Positions 9,978 through 19,400 of a DNA stretch of 64,000 nt are shown one piece after another. The stretch is from a virus. The DNA lies in the IMG/VR virus record IMGVR_UViG_3300032770_000005, positions 32,001 through 96,000 of that record; one strand, given 5' to 3'. Within the stretch, counting starts at the first letter, position 1. Each line of letters opens with the position of its first letter. The position numbers were made by a program, and so were the translations under genes. The notes below the pieces were generated by a model. It saw only the letters and a program-made list of their open reading frames with translations. It was not told the origin of the DNA and ran no database searches.

Positions 9978-10268
9978 TCAGCGTCTCCGCTTGCTCGTCC
10001 GACGACCGCGAGGCGAGGACACGTTCTTCTGCACGACCGGCACGACGTACTGAGCTTCGAGCGCCGACAGTGTCGGCTTCGGCGCCGGCGACGGCGTGAC
10101 GTAGACCGCGTATGAGGTCTTGCTCGCTCGGCTCCGCGAGGGCAGCTCCTCGATCTTGCCGAACCAGTTGCCCACGCTCTGGAGCTTCCAGCCTATGAGC
10201 GCGTTGACCGCGTTCGCGGGCGTGGTCCAGCGTCCGATCTCCAGCCAGTTGTCGTCGTCCTTGCTCAT
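9978..10268 (-). CDS. hypothetical protein with basic tail
   Basis: MSKDDDNW start coupled to upstream stop. Confidence 0.55.
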   Translation of the reverse strand: MSKDDDNWLEIGRWTTPANAVNALIGWKLQSVGNWFGKIEELPSRSRASKTSYAVYVTPSPAPKPTLSALEAQYVVPVVQKNVSSPRGRRTSKRRR

Positions 10269-11464
10269 CCGAGTCTCCGTGGTCGCGACGGCCGCCCGCC
10301 GCAGCTGATGCACTGTACGTCGTTCACGCCGTACTCGATCGACCGACCGAACACGTGTTCGGCGATCTTGTCGGCGCGACGCTCGATGCTCTCGGGCAGC
10401 CGTCCGTAACGGCGCTCGACCGCGGCGCGTCCGAACCGGAACTCCACCGCGTGCCCGAACTCGTGCGCCACGAGGCCATCGATGTACGCCTGCGGCAGCT
10501 GCTCCGTCTTCGCGGCGAACGCGATGACGAGCGGGTCACCCTTCTTGCAGTAGCCGAACTGCCGCTCGGAGCCGTGGCCGTTGTCGCTGGCCGCATGCTC
10601 GTCGAGGTGCAGCTCTACGGTGCCGAGGTCCGGCCACTCGCGCGCCGCCGCATCGAAGTGCCGATCGAAAGATCGGCGCACGCGCTCCATCGAGCCGTTG
10701 TGGGCTAGTGGCACCTGGGGGCCACGGACTCGGCGCACGCGCTCGTGAACCGACGGCTCACCGAAGTCGATGATGACGGGCATGTCGCGCTGGATCGACC
10801 ACCTGACGTTCTCGATGTGCAGGTCTTCCGCGTGCACGCCACGCGCGGCCAGCCAATCGTAGCCCGCCAAGATGGTCCCCATCATGGCGTCAGCGTAGGC
10901 GCGCTCGCGCTCCCGAACGCGAGCCTCCTTGGGGTCGTTGCCAAGACGGGCTGTCCACTGCGGCACCACAGCATGGAGGCTCTTGATACCGCCGACACGG
11001 TCGAAGCACTGCCACTCGGACATCCGTTCGAGAGCTAGCTGGAGCAAGAGGAAGGCATGGGCGCGCTGCTCTTCTCCGGGTTGCTCGGCCGTGCCTTCGG
11101 CGAGGATCAGGTATCCGCTGGCACGACCCGGCATCCGCCAGACGCCGTAGACCTGAACGAGGCCCGGCACGGGTGCCTTGGCTCCGGCCACTAGCGCCGC
11201 GGCCCGGGCGTCGCTGACGTCGAACGTGTACTTGAGCACGCGACCGTTGGGTAGCCACCAGGCACGTGCGTACGCGCCTTTGCCAGCGAGGTGCTCGTCG
11301 TCCAGCCAGTCGGGCGGCACGTCCAGCTCGCGCAGCAGCCCGGTCATCGACCGCAGCTTGAGGGTCCAGTAGCCCTCGTCGGCCGGAGGCTGTCCGTTCG
11401 CGGTGACCCCCGCAGCGGCCTGGAGCGCTGGCGACAGGCTGACGATCTTCGGGTTCGACCGCAC
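10265..11464 (-). CDS. Ser/Thr kinase-like domain fused to HExxH metallopeptidase-like domain
   Basis: AGKGAYARA, VLKYT, DLHIENV, IIDFG; C-terminal LVAHEFGH...IERRAD. Confidence 0.75.
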   Translation of the reverse strand: MRSNPKIVSLSPALQAAAGVTANGQPPADEGYWTLKLRSMTGLLRELDVPPDWLDDEHLAGKGAYARAWWLPNGRVLKYTFDVSDARAAALVAGAKAPVPGLVQVYGVWRMPGRASGYLILAEGTAEQPGEEQRAHAFLLLQLALERMSEWQCFDRVGGIKSLHAVVPQWTARLGNDPKEARVRERERAYADAMMGTILAGYDWLAARGVHAEDLHIENVRWSIQRDMPVIIDFGEPSVHERVRRVRGPQVPLAHNGSMERVRRSFDRHFDAAAREWPDLGTVELHLDEHAASDNGHGSERQFGYCKKGDPLVIAFAAKTEQLPQAYIDGLVAHEFGHAVEFRFGRAAVERRYGRLPESIERRADKIAEHVFGRSIEYGVNDVQCISCGGRPSRPRRLG

Positions 11465-11473
11465 GAGGCGATC

Positions 11474-12301
11474 TTACCGCAGGGACATCGTGCCGTCCTT
11501 CTTGAACTCCACCATCGCGCCCGGGTGCAGATGCGTGAAGCCGACCTGCGCGAGCACCGTCATGCCGCTCGGGCTCGCGAGCAGCATGTCGAGGACCACG
11601 GCGTCCATCTGCATCTCGCGGTGCAGCGTCAAGATCAGCTCGGTCCAGTCGGCGGGACGCCAGCCGCGGTGATCCAGGATGTGCTCGCGCACGCGATCGA
11701 GCAGCTGGGGCGACTCCGCCGGCGGCCTCGTAGGCTCGCCATCGTCGGTCGTCTCGCCATCGTCGGGCTGCTTGCTGAACCAGAGGAGCGACTCGACGTC
11801 CAGATCTTCGGGGTCTTCCCCCGCGGCCAGCGCGTCGAGCGCTTCCTGGGGCCGCTGGATGCGCACGGGTGCACGCGGTGCGGGCGCCGGCGCCGGGGCC
11901 GCGATCGCGGGCTCGATCGCGCCAGCGGCGACGGCTTCCGCGAGCGTCGTAGGAGGATGCTCGACGGGCATGCGCGCGAGCCAGGGATGGTCGCGCATGC
12001 GCTCGGGGGCTGCGGTCAGCACCAGGTCTTCGGCTCGCGTGAGCGGCGTTGCCGCGTCCCGATAGAGGTCGAGGTGCACGGCGAGCGGCGACTTCTTGTG
12101 GTCGGCAGCCCCGGCAAGCGCCGCGGTCGCCATGCCCTGGCGAACGCCCTCGCTGAAGGCCCAGGTCTCCATCTTGGCGACGTTGCGGAGCACCTCGGAG
12201 ATCACCTGTGGCGATGCTCCGCAGGTTGCGAGGCGCAGGTACATCTCGACCTTGAGCGCCGAGTATCGCCGTTCGTCTTCTTCGAGTCGGAAGTTCGGCA
12301 T
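11474..12301 (-). CDS. hypothetical protein
   Basis: Codon usage, operon context. Confidence 0.65.
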   Translation of the reverse strand: MPNFRLEEDERRYSALKVEMYLRLATCGASPQVISEVLRNVAKMETWAFSEGVRQGMATAALAGAADHKKSPLAVHLDLYRDAATPLTRAEDLVLTAAPERMRDHPWLARMPVEHPPTTLAEAVAAGAIEPAIAAPAPAPAPRAPVRIQRPQEALDALAAGEDPEDLDVESLLWFSKQPDDGETTDDGEPTRPPAESPQLLDRVREHILDHRGWRPADWTELILTLHREMQMDAVVLDMLLASPSGMTVLAQVGFTHLHPGAMVEFKKDGTMSLR

Positions 12302-12323
12302 CAGCTGACCGCCGCCACGATGG

Positions 12324-12560
12324 TCACAGCTCTTCCTCGTCGAGCGCGTCGCCCAGGCCGCCGCTCTCGTCGTCGTCGTCGGGATCGAAGATCCCGGCCT
12401 TGCCCTTGTCCTCGCCGTACTCGGCAGCGCGCTCGCGCAGCGCTCGCGCGAACATGATCGACCACGCCTCGATGGTCTTCGGCTTCTGGTCGAGCCCCGC
12501 GATGATGTCGCCGGCGTTGGCTTCGAGCCACTCCTCGAACTCGTCGAATAGCACGCGCAT
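12324..12560 (-). CDS. small acidic hypothetical protein
   Basis: MRVLFDEFEEW start, preceded on the minus strand by TTGACC-N18-TACTCT. Confidence 0.6.
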   Translation of the reverse strand: MRVLFDEFEEWLEANAGDIIAGLDQKPKTIEAWSIMFARALRERAAEYGEDKGKAGIFDPDDDDESGGLGDALDEEEL

Positions 12561-12642
12561 GCGGCGAGAGTATGAAGAACGTGTCCGACAGGTCAAGTCC
12601 CAGATCTCGCCTCGCCTGTCCTCGCGGTGTAACCTCTCGGAC

Positions 12643-13479
12643 ATGAGCTACAGGGCCGTCCGACTCGTGCGTTCGGCGCCACGCCGCGTCTACGTGCGGC
12701 GCGGCCTTGGATTGCGGCGCGGCCTTGGGCAGTCGGTCCCAGCGACACCGGACCTCACGCAGTGGCGGCAGGACGTGTCGCTGGCCGCGCAAGCCGGCAT
12801 CCCGGTACTCGCGCTCAAGGCGATCCGCTCGAACGAGTCCGGCGGCGACCCGAGCGTCATCCGCTTCGAGTCGAGGATCTTCAACGACCTGACGAACAAC
12901 CAGTACGCCTCGCAGCCGGCGTTCTCGGGCGGTGCTGGCTACAGCGGGACGGGCACGTCGCTGCCGAACGCCTTTCAGCAGGCCTACCGGCTCGATCCGA
13001 CGAACGCCGTGAACGCTACGTCGTGGGGCGCCTACCAGGTGCTGCTGCGTGACGCGGGGCCGCAGATCTGGGCGCAGGCCGGCAACGACCCCGCCCGCTT
13101 CATCCAGATGTTCAACGCCGACCCCGCGAGCGTGAGCGAGCAGATCTTGGTGAGCTGGTTCAAGAACCCGCAGCACGCTGCGGCACAGCAGGCGGCGCAG
13201 CAGTACGACTGGGTCACCCTTGCGCATCACTACAACGGCTGCGCGCTGCCGTGCGACACGTACGCAGGCCGGCTGGAGGACGCCTACAACGCGTGGCTGC
13301 CGCAGTGGCAGATCGTGCAGCCCGAGCTGGCCCAGCAGGCCGCCTACATCGCGATCGGCGTGGGCGCGGTCGGCATCCTCGCGCTCGCGGGGCTCACCTA
13401 CGCGATCATGCGCCGCCGTCGTCAGCGAGCTGCGGCTGCGGCGGCACCCGCTCCAGCGGCGGCACCTGCCGCGGCCTGA
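12643..13479 (+). CDS. N-acetylmuramidase (DUF3380-like) with C-terminal TM anchor
   Basis: NESGG..IRFE, ATSWGAYQV, WVTLAHHYNG motifs; N-terminal MSY..RGLG x2; TM plus RRRR tail. Confidence 0.75.
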   Translation: MSYRAVRLVRSAPRRVYVRRGLGLRRGLGQSVPATPDLTQWRQDVSLAAQAGIPVLALKAIRSNESGGDPSVIRFESRIFNDLTNNQYASQPAFSGGAGYSGTGTSLPNAFQQAYRLDPTNAVNATSWGAYQVLLRDAGPQIWAQAGNDPARFIQMFNADPASVSEQILVSWFKNPQHAAAQQAAQQYDWVTLAHHYNGCALPCDTYAGRLEDAYNAWLPQWQIVQPELAQQAAYIAIGVGAVGILALAGLTYAIMRRRRQRAAAAAAPAPAAAPAAA

Positions 13480-13480
13480 C

Positions 13481-13669
13481 CTATCGGGGACCGAACACGA
13501 GAGCGCCGATCGCCGCGACCTCTCTTGGTCCGACGATGCCGCCTGCTTCCGAGGCGTTCGCGCGTTGCTCCCAGGTCTTACGTGACATCGCGAACGCCCG
13601 GCGCTCGGCATCGTCGAGAAGCGCGATGCGGCAGCGCTGCTTCAGCTCGTGGCGCTCCTCATCCGTCAT
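13481..13669 (-). CDS. small hypothetical protein
   Basis: Overlaps the end of the integrase gene. Confidence 0.4.
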   Translation of the reverse strand: MTDEERHELKQRCRIALLDDAERRAFAMSRKTWEQRANASEAGGIVGPREVAAIGALVFGPR

Positions 13670-14708
13670 CGATCGCGGCCGCCGCCTGCGCGGCAGCCTT
13701 CGCTCGGACCTGGTTCAAGAGGTCTTCGACGCTCTTCGGGGGGCCCTTCATCCGACCGAGGTAGATCGCGGTCGTGTTCGGGTTCTCCTGTCCGAGCTGC
13801 TGCTGGATGGACTGGATCACCTCGCCGGCCTCGTCGAGGTCGTGGGCGAAGGCGTGACGGATGCCGTGCGTGTGCACTCGGTCGGGCGAGATCCCCGCCG
13901 TGACGGCGGCGCGCTTCACGATCACTCCGATCTGGTTCGGGTTCATGCAGCGGTGCGGGTCGAGGTGCATGTAGGAGCCGGGCCGGATCATCGGGCCGAA
14001 GACAGCGGAGTCGGGTCTGAGCGAGGAGAGGCGGTTGCTCGTGATCCAGTGCTTGCGCATCGCGTTGTAGGCCACCGTGGGCAGGTGGAACTGCTTGACC
14101 TTGCCGCCCTTGACCTTGATCCGGTACGAGCGCGGCTCGGTCTCGATGTCGAGGTCGCGCACGCGTAGGTTTGCGGCTTCGGCACGCCGGCGTCCTGTGA
14201 AGGCCAGGAACACGAGCACGGCGTAGTCGCGGCGCCCGATGGGATCGGTCGGGAGCGCACGGAGCATCTTCTGGAGGTCGACACGGTCGACTGGTTTGCT
14301 GCGTCCGTACGGAGACGGCGTGATGTCCTTGCGTGGGACGAGGCGGAAAGGGTTCGACGTGAGGAGCGGCTTTCCGCTCGTGTCCGGGGGCCGAGCGAGG
14401 AAGTCGAAGAACGCGGTGCACGCGGCGAGTCTCGTGCTGATCGTGCCGTCACTGAGGTCACGGCTGCGGAGCCACTTCTTGTAGTAGGCGGCCTCGGCGA
14501 CCGTGATGTTCTCTGGGCAGCGCCAGTTCCACAGCTCGAAGAACTCGCGGATCGCAAAGCCGTAGGTCTTGGCGGTGTTGGGCGTCTTGCTCATCAAGAA
14601 GCCCGCGAGCGCGATCATGTAGAGCTTGGACGCTCCGGGGTCGCCACCTCCGAAGGCCAGCATGTCGGCCGCAGACCCGGGCGCCGTGCTTCGTACGACG
14701 ATGTCCAC
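13659..14708 (-). CDS. tyrosine recombinase/integrase
   Basis: N-terminal SAM-like domain; RDYA..TGRRRAE, KGGK, HGIRHAFA, QLGQ..TTAIY (second His replaced by Q). Confidence 0.92.
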   Translation of the reverse strand: MDIVVRSTAPGSAADMLAFGGGDPGASKLYMIALAGFLMSKTPNTAKTYGFAIREFFELWNWRCPENITVAEAAYYKKWLRSRDLSDGTISTRLAACTAFFDFLARPPDTSGKPLLTSNPFRLVPRKDITPSPYGRSKPVDRVDLQKMLRALPTDPIGRRDYAVLVFLAFTGRRRAEAANLRVRDLDIETEPRSYRIKVKGGKVKQFHLPTVAYNAMRKHWITSNRLSSLRPDSAVFGPMIRPGSYMHLDPHRCMNPNQIGVIVKRAAVTAGISPDRVHTHGIRHAFAHDLDEAGEVIQSIQQQLGQENPNTTAIYLGRMKGPPKSVEDLLNQVRAKAAAQAAAAIDDG

Positions 14709-14755
14709 TGTCCAAGGTTAGCATGCACTTGCAGGCCGAGAACCTGTCTGACACC

Positions 14756-15007
14756 ATGTCGCTGTCGTCGGAGAAGCTGAAGGAGCACATGAACATCGGC
14801 GAGCTGGTCGAGAGCGGACGCGTGAAGAGCGACCTGAAGCTCAAGGTACGGGTTCCGGCGCGACTCCAGGACAAGTACGGCGTGCACACGCGCGGCATCT
14901 ACGCGGGGCTCAAGCCGAAGGAGCCGGGCAGCCGCGTCCAGCTCGTGTACGTGCGCGTGAACGGCAGGCGCCTGACCTTCCGGCCGCAAGATCTCGAACT
15001 CGCATGA
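14756..15007 (+). CDS. small SH3-like hypothetical protein
   Basis: Codon usage; VYVRVNGRRLTFRPQDL. Confidence 0.6.
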   Translation: MSLSSEKLKEHMNIGELVESGRVKSDLKLKVRVPARLQDKYGVHTRGIYAGLKPKEPGSRVQLVYVRVNGRRLTFRPQDLELA

Positions 15008-15255
15008 CGGCCTCCGCGCTCGTCGTCGCGCTCGTCACGTTGGTGATGGTGCTCGGGACGGCCTGGGTCGTCGGTCAGGCGATGCTCGCGTATTGGATCG
15101 TGCGCGCGTCTCCGCCGCGGCCGGTCGCGGTAGCCGTGTGTTGGCGCTGGGACTCATGGGTTGCGACAGATGCGCCGCAGCAGCCTGGCCTGTGCGTAGT
15201 GCATGACGTGGGGCCCGTGCGCGTCTTCGTGCTCTACGGCGCGCCGAGCGAGTGA
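15004..15255 (+). CDS. small membrane protein
   Basis: N-terminal hydrophobic helix; ATGA overlap. Confidence 0.5.
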   Translation: MTASALVVALVTLVMVLGTAWVVGQAMLAYWIVRASPPRPVAVAVCWRWDSWVATDAPQQPGLCVVHDVGPVRVFVLYGAPSE

Positions 15256-15297
15256 GTTGAAAGAACGCTTGACGCTCCCGTCTGCGTAGGGTACGGC
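15248..15297 (+). promoter_or_regulatory. repeated promoter-like element, copy 1
   Basis: GCGAGTGAGTTGAAAGAAC identical to 23540-23558, followed by TTGACG-N17-TA. Confidence 0.55.
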
Positions 15298-15303
15298 GAC
15301 AGA

Positions 15304-15993
15304 GTGATCCCCACAGAGCGACTGGACGCGCTGGACCGGGCCATCGAGCGCGGGGAAGTGCTGCGCAACGACTGGGCCCGGGAACAGGATGGTCATCAGC
15401 TGGCGTGCCTGCTCGCACATCTTTCGCCAGAGGTGGCGGTGGAGAAGTCGGCGGACGCCTGCCCCGCCAAGACCCTCGACCCGTGGTTCGCGCACCTGTT
15501 GCCGTGGATCGATGACGCGTGCTCACTCGAACGACGCGACGAGTTCCTGCGTCGCACGGCGGCGGTCCTGCGGCGCTGGGACGCACTGTCAGCCGAGACG
15601 CGTTGCCGGCTCGACTACGAATGTCGCGCGATTGCGGTGCGAGAGTCGCGGCTACGTGTGTCCGCGAGCGAAGAGCAGGCGCTTGCGGCAGTCGACGGCA
15701 TGCTTGCGTTGCTAGACCGGGCGGCCGTGGGCGGTGAGGTCAGCGCGCAGGAGTGGTCGGCGGCGGCGGCGACGGCGCGGGCGGCGGCCGCACAGGAGTG
15801 GTCGGCGGCGGCGGCGGCGGCGGCCGCGCAAGTGCGGGCGGCGGCGGCGGGGGCGGCCGCGTGGGCGGCGCGGGCGGCACCGGCTTCGGCGCGGGCGGCA
15901 GCAGCGGCTTGGGCGCGGGCGGCGGCGTCCGATCGAATGATCGACCGCATGCTCACCGCCATGGAGCGCGAGTGCGCGAAGGTGACGCCATGA
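15304..15993 (+). CDS. paralog family 'MIPxERLDAL', copy 1 (Ala-rich variable segment)
   Basis: Near-identical to 15990, 20486 and 21579 copies. Confidence 0.8.
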   Translation: MIPTERLDALDRAIERGEVLRNDWAREQDGHQLACLLAHLSPEVAVEKSADACPAKTLDPWFAHLLPWIDDACSLERRDEFLRRTAAVLRRWDALSAETRCRLDYECRAIAVRESRLRVSASEEQALAAVDGMLALLDRAAVGGEVSAQEWSAAAATARAAAAQEWSAAAAAAAAQVRAAAAGAAAWAARAAPASARAAAAAWARAAASDRMIDRMLTAMERECAKVTP

Positions 15994-16673
15994 TCCCTAC
16001 GGAACGGTTGGACGCGCTGGACCGGGCCATCGAGCGCGGGGAGGTGCTGCGCAACGACTGGGCTCGGGAGCAGGACGGTCGCCAGCTCGCGTGCCTGCTC
16101 GCGCATCTTTCGCCAGAGGTGGCGGTGGAGAAGTCGGCGGACGCCTGTCCGACCAAGACGCTCGACCCGTGGTTCGCGCATCTGCTGCCGTGGATCGACG
16201 ATGCGTGCTCGCTGGAGCGCCGCGACGAGTTCTTGCGTCGCACGGCGGCAGTGCTGCGGCGCTGGGACGCGCTGTCGGCAGAGACTCGGCGGCGTCTCGA
16301 CTACGAGTGCAGGGCGATCGCGGTGCGAGAGGCGCGGCTGCACGTGTCTGCGAGCGAAGAGCAGGCGCTTGCGGCGATCGACAGCATGTTCGCGTTGCTC
16401 GACCGCGCGATCGCGGGCGGTGAGGTCAGCAAGCAGGAGTGGTCGGCGGCGGCGGCGTCGGCGCGGGCGGTGGTCGCACAGGAGTGGTCGGCGCCGGCGG
16501 CGGGGGCGGCAGCGGCCGCGCAAGTGCGGGCGGCGGCGGCGCGTGCGGCACAGCTGGCGACTGAGGCGGTGTTGGCGCCCGAGGTGGCGGCTCAGGCGAT
16601 GGCGTCCGATCGCATGATCGACCAGATGCTCTCCGCCATGGAGCGCGAGTGCGCGAAGGCGGCGGTGACATGA
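15990..16673 (+). CDS. paralog family 'MIPxERLDAL', copy 2
   Basis: Tandem duplicate of 15304-15993. Confidence 0.8.
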   Translation: MIPTERLDALDRAIERGEVLRNDWAREQDGRQLACLLAHLSPEVAVEKSADACPTKTLDPWFAHLLPWIDDACSLERRDEFLRRTAAVLRRWDALSAETRRRLDYECRAIAVREARLHVSASEEQALAAIDSMFALLDRAIAGGEVSKQEWSAAAASARAVVAQEWSAPAAGAAAAAQVRAAAARAAQLATEAVLAPEVAAQAMASDRMIDQMLSAMERECAKAAVT

Positions 16674-16882
16674 AGCTCGTGCATGCGATCAAGCTGGCGC
16701 GTCAGTGCAGCCTGAACGAGCCGCTCACGCCTGAGCAGATGATCGCGATCTTCGTACTAGCCGAGCTGGGCGACCGGGTCGCGAAGGCAAAGCCGACCGT
16801 GCGAGCGCTGTATCGTGCCATCGACACGGAAGACCTGAACCAGCAGGAGCTGTTGGTCGGGACCGAGAAGGTCGAGGAGTAG
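16670..16882 (+). CDS. hypothetical protein
   Basis: ATGA-coupled MKLVHAIKL. Confidence 0.6.
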   Translation: MKLVHAIKLARQCSLNEPLTPEQMIAIFVLAELGDRVAKAKPTVRALYRAIDTEDLNQQELLVGTEKVEE

Positions 16883-17104
16883 GTGGAGGAGTGCGAGCTG
16901 TGCGCTCAGCCGGTCTCCGTCGAGCGTGTGATCGAACGCCCGAGCGCGGGGGAGATCGCCTACCTGACGAAGTTCTTCTGGGTCATCGACCCGGCGCGGC
17001 TCGTGTTCTGCAACGCCATCTGCCGGCGCCGCTGGCACAGCTTGCGGCGGCGAGCTACATGGATGGCCCATTCGGCCGACTGCATGTGCGCTGAGTGTCT
17101 GTAG
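16883..17104 (+). CDS. Cys-rich small protein
   Basis: CELC, FCNAIC, HSADCMCAEC. Confidence 0.55.
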   Translation: MEECELCAQPVSVERVIERPSAGEIAYLTKFFWVIDPARLVFCNAICRRRWHSLRRRATWMAHSADCMCAECL

Positions 17105-17145
17105 GGTTCGAGAGGAGACAGGCTCCTCTCCTGATGGAGTGTGCG

Positions 17146-17532
17146 ATGGGTAAGAAGGTGTTCGTGGGCGGTCTGCCTTGGGCGATCGACGATCAAGAGC
17201 TGGCGAACGTGTTCAAGCAGGTCGGTGCGGTCGTCGAAGCGAAGGTCATCACCGACCGCGAGACCGGCCGGTCCCGTGGGTTCGGGTTCGTGACGTTCGC
17301 GAGCGAAGATGCGGTGCCGCTCGCCATCAAGGAGTTCGACGGCGCCGAGCTGCAAGGTCGCAGGATCAACGTCAACGAGGCGCAGGAGCGCTCGGGCGGT
17401 GGTGGCGGCCCACGGCACTCCGGCGGCGGGGGCGGCCATCAGCAGGCGCCGCGTGGCGGAAACAGCGGCGGCGGGCGCCGCGATCGCGACGAGGGTCGCC
17501 GCGGCCGACGGCGCGAGCACGACGACTGGTAG
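17146..17532 (+). CDS. RRM (RNP-1) RNA-binding protein with Gly-rich tail
   Basis: KVFVGGL (RNP2), RSRGFGFVTF (RNP1), GRRINVNEA. Confidence 0.95.
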   Translation: MGKKVFVGGLPWAIDDQELANVFKQVGAVVEAKVITDRETGRSRGFGFVTFASEDAVPLAIKEFDGAELQGRRINVNEAQERSGGGGGPRHSGGGGGHQQAPRGGNSGGGRRDRDEGRRGRRREHDDW

Positions 17533-17582
17533 TCCTGGGCTGCGCGACGGGAGAAGCGGACCGGCTGTAGTACAATCCGTCC

Positions 17583-18032
17583 ATGGCCCTCGACGCGCAG
17601 AAGGACTTGATCTGGCTCTGGGGACAGCTCTGGACGACGCTGGCCGTGTCGATGCTCATCTACGGCGGCGACGTGACGAGCGAGCGGCTGTGGCGCACCC
17701 TGGTCCCGGCGACGCGAGAGGTCTTCGGCGGCAAGGAACCGGACAGCCTGCCGATGTACTTTCGCGTCTGGTACGCGACCCGGGCCGCTCATCCGCTCGT
17801 CGCCGGCGCGCTCGCCAGTCTTCTCCCGATTCCGCATCCCGTCTGGGTAGCGAGCCCGGTCACGGCGATGATCTGGTTCGCGCTCGCCGGCATGGGCAAC
17901 GGTCAGGTGCACCTGCTGGTCGACGGCCTCACCGAGCAGACGCAGAAGATCGTGGGCCTGCTTGCGGACTGGGTGCGCCGTAGGCTGGGGCTCCGCTCGT
18001 CAGAGCCTCCGAGGGAAGACCGCGACCGATGA
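17583..18032 (+). CDS. membrane protein, holin-like
   Basis: 2-3 hydrophobic helices, charged C-terminus. Confidence 0.45.
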   Translation: MALDAQKDLIWLWGQLWTTLAVSMLIYGGDVTSERLWRTLVPATREVFGGKEPDSLPMYFRVWYATRAAHPLVAGALASLLPIPHPVWVASPVTAMIWFALAGMGNGQVHLLVDGLTEQTQKIVGLLADWVRRRLGLRSSEPPREDRDR

Positions 18033-18241
18033 CGACGCCCGAGACGTACGCCGCTCGCGTGAACAAGCTGCTCGACCAGCTCGACGTGCCGCTGGTGAAG
18101 CTGCACGTGTACCCGGAGGATGTGACCGTGGCGGGCGAGCAGGTCGTGATGTCGATGAGCGTGCTCGATGCCCGCTTGCGACTGGAGGTCAGCTGCTCAA
18201 CGCTCGAACTGGTCCTTGCGCTACTTGAGGAAGTACAGTGA
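18029..18241 (+). CDS. hypothetical protein
   Basis: Coupled ORF. Confidence 0.55.
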   Translation: MTTPETYAARVNKLLDQLDVPLVKLHVYPEDVTVAGEQVVMSMSVLDARLRLEVSCSTLELVLALLEEVQ

Positions 18242-18606
18242 CGCGTACCGAAGTGGCTCTGCTCGTGACCGCCGCCGTGATCCTCGTGGTCCTCGGCTTC
18301 GCAGCTGGTCACGGTTGCCGGCCGCCGCCCCCACCGCCGCCGTCCTCCACCGTCACCGGCATCGATGCGGGACCGGGCGAGCGCACGATCGACGACCGCC
18401 TCGATGGGTCGGTGCAGTACAACGAGCAGCTCATGCAGGGCATCGAGCACAAGTTCCAGGACGACATCGCTGCCTTCGACGACCAGCAGCGCGCTGACTA
18501 CCAGCGCTTGCGTGGGCAGGACCTCGAAGCCGCGGCGCGGAGCCTCAGCGACTGGAATCACCAGCGACGAGCCGATGCGGGCGCGTCGAGCACGACCTCG
18601 CCATGA
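18238..18606 (+). CDS. N-terminally anchored protein (spanin-like candidate)
   Basis: TM helix, GHGC, poly-Pro, helical C-terminus. Confidence 0.45.
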   Translation: MTRTEVALLVTAAVILVVLGFAAGHGCRPPPPPPPSSTVTGIDAGPGERTIDDRLDGSVQYNEQLMQGIEHKFQDDIAAFDDQQRADYQRLRGQDLEAAARSLSDWNHQRRADAGASSTTSP

Positions 18607-18851
18607 GGACGACGGGCATGCCTCCGTACGACGAACGAGAGCGGACGGAGCATCAGTACGTCTGCGAGCAGTGCGGGCGTGCCGGATACGAGTGGCCTAC
18701 GGAGCTTCTGGCGAACGAGGTCGAGTGCATGGCCTGCGTGGAGTTGCGTCGGCGCGTCGCGCGACGCGAGGCTGAGTGGATCTTGTGGAAGGCGATGGTG
18801 AAGCTCGGCCGTCTTCCGGATCCCTTTGCGCCAGCGATCGCCAGTCGGTAG
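18603..18851 (+). CDS. Zn-finger small protein
   Basis: CEQC..CMAC. Confidence 0.5.
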   Translation: MRTTGMPPYDERERTEHQYVCEQCGRAGYEWPTELLANEVECMACVELRRRVARREAEWILWKAMVKLGRLPDPFAPAIASR

Positions 18852-18883
18852 CCGCGCTCCGCGGAGCGCGTTACGCTGCGCCG

Positions 18884-19399
18884 ATGCGGTACGTCACCGT
18901 CGCGGTGCTGTTCTGGTTGGTCGCGCCTGTGATCTGCGCGCAGGCGCCTGCTGCGCCGCCGTCCGCTGCTTCAGCGGTCGCTGCGGTGTCGACCGACCAG
19001 TTCCAGCTGCCGGTCCCTGGCGACATCCTGCCGCTGCATCGTGGTCAACCGGCGCCGCAGGACGGCCTGCTCGTCGCTGAGGACGACATGCTGCACATCC
19101 GGCAGGAGTACGACCGGATGCGGTTCCTGCTCGGGCTCATGACCCAGCACGACAGCGAGGTCTGCGACGTGCGCGTGCAGACCGAGCAGGCACGCACGCA
19201 GGCGGCGACCGACCGCCTGACGCTGACCAATCAGCTGTGGACGGCGCGGCAGCAGGAGCTGCTCGCTTCGATCCAAGCCGCCCAGCATCAGGCGCAGCAG
19301 GCGGCGCAGCGCGAGTGGTACGAGTCGCCGGCGCTGTGGGCGGCCATCGGCGTGGTGCTTGCCACCGTCGTCTACGCCGCGGTCGTAGAGGTGCGCTGA
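18884..19399 (+). CDS. signal peptide, coiled coil and C-terminal TM protein (spanin-like candidate)
   Basis: GQPAPQDGLL motif, coiled coil, WYESPALWAAIGVV. Confidence 0.55.
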   Translation: MRYVTVAVLFWLVAPVICAQAPAAPPSAASAVAAVSTDQFQLPVPGDILPLHRGQPAPQDGLLVAEDDMLHIRQEYDRMRFLLGLMTQHDSEVCDVRVQTEQARTQAATDRLTLTNQLWTARQQELLASIQAAQHQAQQAAQREWYESPALWAAIGVVLATVVYAAVVEVR

Positions 19400-19400
19400 G

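Noticed and set aside
13659-14708. Integron integrase or prophage boundary
   Set aside because: No IntI-specific insertion, attC sites, att repeat or tRNA seen; virus-like genes continue on both sides
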